This document shows, in pieces, positions 16,304 to 23,874 of a stretch of DNA of 32,000 nt. Location of the stretch: assembly GCA_041494705.1 (NCBI GenBank), contig JBGQBI010000002.1:180001-212000 (forward strand), written 5' to 3'. Origin of the DNA: Candidatus Methanoperedens sp. (GTDB lineage Archaea; Halobacteriota; Methanosarcinia; Methanosarcinales; Methanoperedenaceae). A model generated the notes under the pieces. It ran no database searches and had not been told where the DNA came from. It was given only the letters and a program-made list of their open reading frames with translations. Position 1 is the first letter of the stretch. The number at the start of each line of letters is the position of its first letter. A program made the translations under genes and the position numbers.

Positions 16304-17113
16304 ATGAGTGAAGTAATACTCAGACCAAAAGGCAGCATCGATATAATGGTCGAGGCAGAGGTCATCAACCCGGATATCTTTGCTGGAAAAACAAAAAGTG
16401 AAATTGAACAGTTGATCATCTGGCAGGGAGCAAAACAACTTCCGCTTTCCGAGTTCTTTGATGTTGAGGGAAGCGCAGGGAGCACGGCAGCAGATACGAA
16501 GATCATTGTAAAAGGCGATGTGCCCAGAGTGAAGCATATAGGACACGGCATGAAATCCGGAGAGATAGTGATAGAAGGCTCATCTGGCATGCATGTCGGC
16601 TCTGAAATGATAGGAGGAAGCATCCTCGTGAAAGGCGATGCAGGCTCATGGGCCGGCATGGAGATGAAAGGCGGGACTCTGCACATAATCGGGAATGCCG
16701 GAGACCATGTTGGATGCGCTTACAGGGGAAGCTGGCGTGGAATGAATGGAGGGAAAATACTGATCGACGGTAACGCGAAGAGCCAGCTCGGAGGAGGAAT
16801 GAGCGGAGGAGAGATCCATGTCGGTGGAAACGTCGAGAACTTCCCCGGGATAAGAATGAATAGCGGTCTTATTGTTGTAAAAGGTGATGCGATCCGCGGC
16901 GTGGGCGCGCAAATGTCAGGCGGCACCTTTGTCGTAAGTGGGAAGATCAGACAATTATCGCCCGGATTTGAGTATACCGGCCCTGAAAAGAACCCGAAAG
17001 TCGGTGAAACGGCGCTATCAGGAGAATACATGAAATTCGGGGGCGACTATGCGATAAGTAAGACACCAAAAGGAATTTTGTATGCATCAAAAGATGCTAA
17101 TGAGGAGGTGTGA
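16304..17113 (+). CDS. fwdC: Formylmethanofuran dehydrogenase subunit C.
   Basis: Glycine-rich beta-helix repeats, GDAGSWAGMEMKGGTLHIIGNAGDHVG...GGKILIDGNA, are present (GXGXG domain). The SD GGAGGTGA lies upstream of ATG 16304. Confidence 0.9.
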   Translation: MSEVILRPKGSIDIMVEAEVINPDIFAGKTKSEIEQLIIWQGAKQLPLSEFFDVEGSAGSTAADTKIIVKGDVPRVKHIGHGMKSGEIVIEGSSGMHVGSEMIGGSILVKGDAGSWAGMEMKGGTLHIIGNAGDHVGCAYRGSWRGMNGGKILIDGNAKSQLGGGMSGGEIHVGGNVENFPGIRMNSGLIVVKGDAIRGVGAQMSGGTFVVSGKIRQLSPGFEYTGPEKNPKVGETALSGEYMKFGGDYAISKTPKGILYASKDANEEV

Positions 17114-17116
17114 AGA

Positions 17117-17512
17117 ATGAGGATCAAGGTATTATTGAACTCAGGAAGCACGATAAACGAGGGCAGGCTTGCCAAGGGAGGAGACAAACTTTCACCTGAA
17201 TACCAGAAGGAATGCGCGGTGGCAGTTATTCATCCAAGGATATTCAAAGAACTTGGCTGTCCGAAAAGGATAAAAGTGATATCGCGTGATGAAACGCGTG
17301 AGGTCGTTGTCACTGCAAAGTGTGAGGATTCGGTCACGCCCGAACAGATATTCATGCCAAGATCGATATGGCCCAATGTGGTTGTAGAACCTGAGACCTT
17401 CTCCACAGGGTCTCCCCTCTACAAGGGAAGTCCGGTTTTTATAGAAGCTACGGAGGAAGAAGTGAAAAGCGCAGAAGACATTGTATTGAAAGTCTATGCA
17501 GGGAGGAGATAA
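17117..17512 (+). CDS. fwdD: Formylmethanofuran dehydrogenase subunit D (molybdopterin dinucleotide-binding domain).
   Basis: The 131-aa ORF has the LNSGSTINEG N-terminus typical of FwdD/FmdD. It sits between fwdC and fwdB. Confidence 0.85.
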   Translation: MRIKVLLNSGSTINEGRLAKGGDKLSPEYQKECAVAVIHPRIFKELGCPKRIKVISRDETREVVVTAKCEDSVTPEQIFMPRSIWPNVVVEPETFSTGSPLYKGSPVFIEATEEEVKSAEDIVLKVYAGRR

Positions 17513-17513
17513 T

Positions 17514-18815
17514 ATGATGAGCAAGAATATTATCTGCCCGGTATGCGGTGCATCATGTGATGACATACAGGTGGATTACGATGGCGAAAACATTACTGTG
17601 AAGAACGCCTGCAAGATGGGCAATGCCAAATTCCATGAGATCGTGAGCCACCACAGGATAAAAGAACCGCAGATAAAGGAGAATGGAACATTCAGAAAAG
17701 CGCAATGGGATGAAGCACTGGATAAGGCTGCCGAAATCTTGGTCAATGCAAAGCGTCCTCTTCTTTTCATGGGAAGTGAGACTTCCTGCGAAGCAATGGA
17801 GGTAGGTCTGCATATCGCCGAATACCTTGGTGCAGTGGTGGATTCCAACTCAACCGTATGCCATGGGCCGACTGCGATGGGAATCCAGGAAGCTGGCAGA
17901 GTGGGATCCACGGCAGGCCAGCCAAAGCTCAGGAGCAGCCTTGCGATTTATTGGGGAACCAATCCTCTTGAATCCATGCCAAGGCATATGTCACGTTACA
18001 GCGTCTTCCCGCGAGGATACTGGACTAAGCGCGGGAGGTTTGACCGGACTATAATCACAGTTGATCCGAGAAGATCGATCACCGCCGATGCTTCAGACCT
18101 GCATGTGCAGCTTCGACCAAACACGGACTATGAACTTCTGTCAGCCCTCCTGACACTTCTGCACGGTAAGTCGCCTCATCCTTCGGTGGAAGAGATAACC
18201 GGAGTTCCCATTTCTACTATGGAAGAGATGCTGGAGATGATGAAAAGCACCAGCTTCGGCGCTATATACGTTGGCCTTGGCATAGCATCATCATACGGGA
18301 AGCACAGGAATGCCGAGCTTGCATTTAATCTTGTAAAGGAACTTAATGGCTACACCAAGTTCGTAATAGGAGCTCTTCGCGGTCACTGCAATGTGGCGGG
18401 ATTCAACCAGATAGCTTCTTATCTCTACGGTTACCCCTTCGGGTTGGACTTTGCCCGCGGCTTCCCAAGATATAATCCGGGTGAGTACACGGCTGTTGAT
18501 GTACTGAGAGAACGGGATGTGGATGCTGCGTTTGTAATGTCGGCTGACCTCGTTTCTCATTTTCCTGCAACGTGTGCTGAATACCTGAAGGAGATACCCA
18601 TGGTGTGCCTTGATATCGCGCCGTGCCCGACCACGCTGGCTTCTGATGTGGTGCTTCCGGGCGTTATCGATGCCATGGAATGCGACGGTACGTTCTACAG
18701 GCTTGATGACGTGCCTGTGTATTTCCAACCCTTCACAAAGTCGCCATTTGGGTTCACACAGAGCAATGAAGATACCATGAAGCAGCTCTTTGAGAGGATA
18801 AAGAAAATCAAGTGA
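17514..18815 (+). CDS. fwdB: Formylmethanofuran dehydrogenase subunit B (molybdopterin/tungstopterin oxidoreductase), the cysteine type rather than selenocysteine.
   Basis: The N-terminal cluster motif is CPVCGASCDD. The candidate metal-ligand region NSTVCHGPTAMG carries Cys, and the frame has no in-frame TGA. The SD GGAGGAG lies before ATG 17514. Confidence 0.9.
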   Translation: MMSKNIICPVCGASCDDIQVDYDGENITVKNACKMGNAKFHEIVSHHRIKEPQIKENGTFRKAQWDEALDKAAEILVNAKRPLLFMGSETSCEAMEVGLHIAEYLGAVVDSNSTVCHGPTAMGIQEAGRVGSTAGQPKLRSSLAIYWGTNPLESMPRHMSRYSVFPRGYWTKRGRFDRTIITVDPRRSITADASDLHVQLRPNTDYELLSALLTLLHGKSPHPSVEEITGVPISTMEEMLEMMKSTSFGAIYVGLGIASSYGKHRNAELAFNLVKELNGYTKFVIGALRGHCNVAGFNQIASYLYGYPFGLDFARGFPRYNPGEYTAVDVLRERDVDAAFVMSADLVSHFPATCAEYLKEIPMVCLDIAPCPTTLASDVVLPGVIDAMECDGTFYRLDDVPVYFQPFTKSPFGFTQSNEDTMKQLFERIKKIK

Positions 18816-18819
18816 GGAA

Positions 18820-19647
18820 ATGAAAGATAACTGGCACGCGGAAAAAGCGGGTAAATGGACAAGCTACTGGAAGGATGAGGTGCACGACCCTTCCGCCCCA
18901 TATATTTTGACAAAGTGTGTTGAAATTTCCGCAGATGTGCGAAAAGAGCTTGAACTGGATGTTGTGGAAGAAGAAAGCATTAAAATCATGCTGGACGGGC
19001 GACACCTTGTTACCCTTCTTGCCCTGCCTAGAGAACTTCGCGAACTTGCTGCGGGATTTCTTGTATGCGAGGGGGTTCTTAAGGGAATCGGAGACATTCG
19101 TTCGATATCCGTGCAGGAAGATACCGTTTTTTGCCAAAGTTCACTCGATAACAGTGAACTTGAACTGTGGACAGAAGTCAGGAGTTCAGGATGCATTGGA
19201 ATAAAATCTTCATGGGAAGGAATAGAACCTGTCACCTCAAGCGTTCGGATGAAAAAAGAAGTGCTGCTGAATGCTATTGAACTGATAAAAGAGCGGGGTA
19301 AGTTCTGGAGGCGGACAGGCGGAACACACTCCTCGCTTATATGCACAAGTGAAGGTGAGATAGTGGCGTTTTGCGAGGATGCCAGCAGGGCGTGTTCTGT
19401 GGACAAAGCTGCTGGAGCTGCGCTGCTTTCGGGAAGAGAACTTTCAAACTGTGCTCTTGTAACAACAGGAAGGCTTTCAGGCGGGATGGTGGCAAAGGCG
19501 GCACGTGCCGGGATTCCAATCATTGTGAGCAAGGCTGCGCCGTTGAGTACAGGAGTTTTGCTTTCAAAAAGGGTCGGGATGACTCTGGTGGCATTTGTGA
19601 GGAAACCGAATCTGTATATATATTCAGGCGAGGAAAGGGTCGTATAA
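18820..19647 (+). CDS. fdhD: FdhD-family sulfurtransferase/accessory protein for Mo/W-bisPGD enzymes.
   Basis: FdhD-type blocks are present: RTGGTHSS, AVDKAAGAALL, GRLSGGMVAKAARAGIPIIVSKAAP and GMTLVAFVR. Confidence 0.85.
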   Translation: MKDNWHAEKAGKWTSYWKDEVHDPSAPYILTKCVEISADVRKELELDVVEEESIKIMLDGRHLVTLLALPRELRELAAGFLVCEGVLKGIGDIRSISVQEDTVFCQSSLDNSELELWTEVRSSGCIGIKSSWEGIEPVTSSVRMKKEVLLNAIELIKERGKFWRRTGGTHSSLICTSEGEIVAFCEDASRACSVDKAAGAALLSGRELSNCALVTTGRLSGGMVAKAARAGIPIIVSKAAPLSTGVLLSKRVGMTLVAFVRKPNLYIYSGEERVV

Positions 19648-19683
19648 AATAACTTTTAAATTTTAGATTATGAGGTAATAACC

Positions 19684-21156
19684 ATGCTGGAAGGAAAATT
19701 ATTGATTGGAGGTAAATGGACACCATGCGAGAGTAAGTTTGAATCTTTGAATCCTGCTACAGGCGAGGTTATCGGGAGGGCATGTCTTGCAGGTAAAAAG
19801 GAAGTTACAGATGCTGTCGAGGCTGCAAGGCTTGCCCATGAGAATTGGAAAAATACTGGCATAAGTGAAAGAGCAAGAATTTTTATCTGGGTCGGGGATG
19901 AGATTCTAAAAAGAAAACAGGATCTAAAGACACTCATAACCATGGAAATGGGTCGTCCGCTGTTCGAATCCGAAATCGAGGTGCTAAAAACCTCCGAGAT
20001 GGTAAAATATTTTGCAAATGAGGGTAAAACATACCTGGAAGGGGATGCGATTCCAATTAATCCTCATAACTTCAGCTTTACCAGATTTGAACCGGTTGGA
20101 GTGGTGGGTATTATCAAGCCGTGGAACTATCCTTTGCTGCTTCCATTCTGGGCTATAGCTCCCGCTCTTATTGCAGGTAATACTGTTGTATTGAAGCCCT
20201 CTGACCTGACGCCTTTCATTGGGATAGAGATCGGTAAAATATGCCTGGATGCCGGGATTCCTGATGGTGTGATAAATGTTGTAACCGGGGACGGTAGCAC
20301 AGGAGAATGTCTCGTCCATTCGGATATAGATATGGTATCCTTTACGGGAAGTTCGGATACTGGCAAGAATATCATGAAAAACTCTGCTGAAAAATTGCAC
20401 AGGATATCTCTTGAGTTGGGGGGAAGCGATGCTTTTATTGTTTTCAAAGATGCCGACATCGAGGAGGCGATAAACGGCGCGGTCTGGGGAAGATTTATGA
20501 ACTGCGGGCAGGTTTGCGTTTCGCCCAAAAGGATTTTTGTGGAAGCTGATATAGCAGATATTTTCATTGAAGGATTTGTAAAGAAGACCAGGAATCTCGT
20601 TATTGGAAATGGTTTAGATTCAGGTACGGATATAGGCCCGATGGTCAGTATGGAACAGCGGGAGAAGCTTGAACTGCAAGTAGAAGATGCAGTCAGGAAA
20701 GGTGCAATAATCGAGTGCGGCGGGAAAATACCATTGTCGCTGCAAGAAGGATATTACTACGAACCTACGGTTCTTACAGGAGTCACTCCTGAAATGAGTG
20801 TAATGACTGAAGAAGTGTTCGGACCTGTTGCAGCAATTTCAGTTTTTGAAAATATGGATGAAGCCATTGCCCTTGCAAATGGAACAGTATATGGGTTAGG
20901 GGCATCTGTGTGGACTAAGAACCTGGATACCGCAATGCGCATGTCCTCGCAACTGGAATGCGGGATGGTATGGGTAAATGAAATATGTACACTGCATCCG
21001 CAATGTCCATGGGGCGGGATCAAGCATAGCGGTATGGGGAAAGATTTATCCAGATATGGTATCAGGGAATTTGTCAGCATCAAGCATGTAAATATTAACT
21101 TCGGAACTGAAAAAACGCGTCGGTGGTGGTTCCCTTATGCAAAGACGGTCTTATGA
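19684..21156 (+). CDS. NAD(P)+-dependent aldehyde dehydrogenase family protein.
   Basis: The ORF has the ALDH layout with FTGSSDTGK, ELGGSDAFIV and the catalytic Cys region NCGQVCVSPKR, followed by EEVFGPV. Confidence 0.85.
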   Translation: MLEGKLLIGGKWTPCESKFESLNPATGEVIGRACLAGKKEVTDAVEAARLAHENWKNTGISERARIFIWVGDEILKRKQDLKTLITMEMGRPLFESEIEVLKTSEMVKYFANEGKTYLEGDAIPINPHNFSFTRFEPVGVVGIIKPWNYPLLLPFWAIAPALIAGNTVVLKPSDLTPFIGIEIGKICLDAGIPDGVINVVTGDGSTGECLVHSDIDMVSFTGSSDTGKNIMKNSAEKLHRISLELGGSDAFIVFKDADIEEAINGAVWGRFMNCGQVCVSPKRIFVEADIADIFIEGFVKKTRNLVIGNGLDSGTDIGPMVSMEQREKLELQVEDAVRKGAIIECGGKIPLSLQEGYYYEPTVLTGVTPEMSVMTEEVFGPVAAISVFENMDEAIALANGTVYGLGASVWTKNLDTAMRMSSQLECGMVWVNEICTLHPQCPWGGIKHSGMGKDLSRYGIREFVSIKHVNINFGTEKTRRWWFPYAKTVL

Positions 21157-22325
21157 GTTCTCCAATAGCCCTCGACGAAGCACTTGAGAAAATAAAGCAG
21201 CTTAAAAGTACATACTACTTCAGGCGTGATTCTGAAAAGATAGTCCTTAATGATTCTGTTGGGAGGGAACTCAGTGAAGATATTATTGCAGATTCCATGT
21301 CTCCATTATTCGATATAGCGGCAATGGACGGGTTTGCTGTTCGAGTTTGCGACAGTTATCCACTCAGGATATCAGGGAAGGTATATGCAGGCGACAGCAT
21401 TGCAAAGATAAAAGGCGGTGATGCTATGGCAATCGCAACAGGCGCGTTACTCCCGGAAGGTGCTGATGCGGTGCTGAAAATGGAGGATGCGGAGGTTAAA
21501 AAAGATATCCTTTATGGAAAAGTTCTCAAGAAATGGGAAAACGTATTCCGAAAAGGCTCGGATTACAGCACCGGGGACAGGATATTTGAAAAAAATCACC
21601 GCATCATGCCCCAGAGCGCGACGCTTTTATACAGCCTTGGCATCGAAAAAGTTTCGGTTTATAAAAAAATCAGAGCGGGCATAATATCCACTGGCACTGA
21701 AATTTATAACGGCATGATAAAAAATACTAGCGCTGTGTTGATACAGGGATTTATGAAGGAAATGGGCTGCGAGTCCGAATTTTTCGGCTCTGTCCCTGAT
21801 GACTTTTACAGAACAAAGGAAATGCTGCTGCAAGCATGCGAAGAATATGATGTTTTATTTACAACAGGCGGTGTTTCGGTAGGCGAGCGCGATTTTGTTG
21901 CAGATATTATCGCCGAAGCTGGAGAACTCGTATTCCACAGGGTAGCTATCAGGCCGGGGAAACCCATTGCCGTCGGGATTGTGAACGGCACTCCTGTATT
22001 TGCACTCCCGGGCAAACCCACAGGGGCTTTCACTGCTCTTGAAATGGTGGTGCGAAGGTATTTCACGGATATGCCAAGGGCAATGCATGAGCTTGTGATA
22101 AATGAGGACGTTGTGCTTCCTGAAAATGGTTTTGAGTACATCCTTTTCGTGAAGAGAGCACATAACACAGCAAGCTCCATGGGCAGAGAGATGAAGCTAT
22201 TTGATAGGGAATATAAGACAGCGATAATCTCGGCGTCTCCCCGGTCTTCCGTCGTGGAAGGGTATGTAATAACAGACAGGGATATTGGAAAAGGTGAACT
22301 GGTGAAGGTAAATCTTTTCAGTTGA
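21153..22325 (+). CDS. moeA: MoeA-family molybdopterin molybdenum/tungsten transferase.
   Basis: Recognised blocks are AAMDGFAV, ATGALLPEGADAV, TTGGVSVGERDF and IRPGKP...ALPGKP. The ATG at 21153 overlaps the ALDH stop as ATGA. Confidence 0.85.
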   Translation: MSSPIALDEALEKIKQLKSTYYFRRDSEKIVLNDSVGRELSEDIIADSMSPLFDIAAMDGFAVRVCDSYPLRISGKVYAGDSIAKIKGGDAMAIATGALLPEGADAVLKMEDAEVKKDILYGKVLKKWENVFRKGSDYSTGDRIFEKNHRIMPQSATLLYSLGIEKVSVYKKIRAGIISTGTEIYNGMIKNTSAVLIQGFMKEMGCESEFFGSVPDDFYRTKEMLLQACEEYDVLFTTGGVSVGERDFVADIIAEAGELVFHRVAIRPGKPIAVGIVNGTPVFALPGKPTGAFTALEMVVRRYFTDMPRAMHELVINEDVVLPENGFEYILFVKRAHNTASSMGREMKLFDREYKTAIISASPRSSVVEGYVITDRDIGKGELVKVNLFS

Positions 22326-22355
22326 GGTAAACATGAATAAACAAAGAGGCTGGAA

Positions 22356-23090
22356 ATGAGCGGCGCTGACTTTTTGATACTGGGAATTATCAGGGCATTT
22401 GAACTGATATTCAGCTTAAACCCCTATATCCTGAGCATAACAGGCGTTTCTATCAAAGTATCCGGCACCGCTACGCTCCTCGCAACCCTGACCGCCATAC
22501 CACTTGCATTTGCTATCTCCTTCATGAACTTCCGCGGCAAGCAGGCACTGATTACACTTATCAATACAGGCATGGGGCTGCCATCTGTTTTTGTGGGACT
22601 TGTTATTTTCGTGATGTTCGTGCCTGCAGGTCCCCTGGGGCTTTTGAATATGATTTTTACGCAAAAGGCCATGATTTTAGCTCAGTATGTTCTTATCACG
22701 CCGGTTATAACAGGTATCTCGCTTGCTGCAATAAAAGCAGTTCCTCAACCGATAATCGAGACTGTTTACACACTCGGCGGCAACGAAAAAGACGCTGCGG
22801 TCACGGTTTTAAGAGAGGCAAGATTCGGCATCATCACAGCCGTACTTGCAGGACTCGGCAGGGCGCTTGCAGAAGTGGGCGCGATTCTCATAGTGGGCGG
22901 CAATATCGCTCTCACGGGAAGCGTGGGCGGGATAGGCGAGGGGCTTTCAGAGACGCGCACGCTCACGACAGCGATTACACTGGAAACGAGCAAGGGCGAT
23001 ATATCCACATCCATTGCTCTTGGGATTATCCTCATTTCCCTTGTCCTTTCTGTTAATATCCTGGCTAACTTTTTCCAGAGGAGGAGTTAA
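22356..23090 (+). CDS. tupB: Tungstate ABC transporter permease, TupB-like.
   Basis: The 244-aa membrane protein has a BPD-transporter loop, GRALAEVGAILIVGGNI...TRTLTTAITLETSKG. It sits directly upstream of the ATPase. Confidence 0.8.
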   Translation: MSGADFLILGIIRAFELIFSLNPYILSITGVSIKVSGTATLLATLTAIPLAFAISFMNFRGKQALITLINTGMGLPSVFVGLVIFVMFVPAGPLGLLNMIFTQKAMILAQYVLITPVITGISLAAIKAVPQPIIETVYTLGGNEKDAAVTVLREARFGIITAVLAGLGRALAEVGAILIVGGNIALTGSVGGIGEGLSETRTLTTAITLETSKGDISTSIALGIILISLVLSVNILANFFQRRS

Positions 23091-23819
23091 GTGGAGGAAT
23101 TGTTCAGGATTGAAAACGTCTGCATGACTTTCGGGAAAAAAGAAGTTTTAAAAAACATAAACCTGGGAATCAAGCGCGGCGAGATATTCGCCATAATAGG
23201 GCCAAGCGGCGCGGGAAAGACCACGCTTCTGCGGATACTTAACCTGTTTGAAAAACCCCTCTGCGGAACCCTGATATTCAACGGGATTTCCCTTGATGCA
23301 GGTAAAACCGGCAGCTTGAGGCGCAGGATGTCACTGCTTTTCCAGACGCCTTCTGTTTTTAACGGGTCGGTTTTTGATAATGTGGCGTATGGATTGAAGG
23401 TTCGCGGCTTTGACAAGAGGGCAATTGAAAAAAAGGTCGAGGAAGCCTTGAATACAGTTGGACTTCCCGGTATGGGGAAAGAAAAAGCCCGCATGTTATC
23501 AGGCGGAGAAGCGCAGCGTATGGCTTTTGCAAGGGCTATAGTCTATGACCCGGAGATACTTCTTCTTGATGAACCCACATCGAATCTTGACCCTGCCAAT
23601 GTGGCAAATATAGAGGAAATCATAAAACGCATAAGGGATGAGCGCGGGACGACAATCCTGATAGCGACACACAATATCCCCCAGGTGAGGCGGATTGCTG
23701 ACAGGGTGGGTGTGCTTTTAAACGGGGAATTAATCGAGGTGAATAGTAAAGAGGGGATTTTCACATCTCCACATGACGAAAGGTCGGCGGCGTTCATACG
23801 GGGGGAGATGATTTATTGA
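23091..23819 (+). CDS. tupC: Tungstate ABC transporter ATP-binding protein, TupC-like.
   Basis: Walker A is GPSGAGKTT, the signature is LSGGEAQRM and Walker B is LLLDEPTSNLD. The GTG start at 23091 has the SD GGAGGAG 5 nt upstream and a 0-nt gap to tupB. Confidence 0.8.
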   Translation: MEELFRIENVCMTFGKKEVLKNINLGIKRGEIFAIIGPSGAGKTTLLRILNLFEKPLCGTLIFNGISLDAGKTGSLRRRMSLLFQTPSVFNGSVFDNVAYGLKVRGFDKRAIEKKVEEALNTVGLPGMGKEKARMLSGGEAQRMAFARAIVYDPEILLLDEPTSNLDPANVANIEEIIKRIRDERGTTILIATHNIPQVRRIADRVGVLLNGELIEVNSKEGIFTSPHDERSAAFIRGEMIY

Positions 23820-23874
23820 ATTTATTATGCGAAAGTAGATAAGTACCTGAAAACACTATTTAGGAAGGGTAAAA

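Noticed and set aside
17514-18815. Selenocysteine or pyrrolysine recoding in fwdB or other genes of the cluster.
   Set aside because: All fwd ORFs are continuous with no in-frame TGA or TAG. The candidate metal-ligand position in FwdB is an ordinary Cys (TVCHG).
19962-19971. GTTCGAATCC, a T-arm-like word suggesting a tRNA. A similar word, TTCGAATCC, occurs near 26000.
   Set aside because: Both lie in frame inside well-conserved CDSs (ALDH and nop2/sun). I could not build acceptor or anticodon stems around them. No tRNA is called anywhere in the window.
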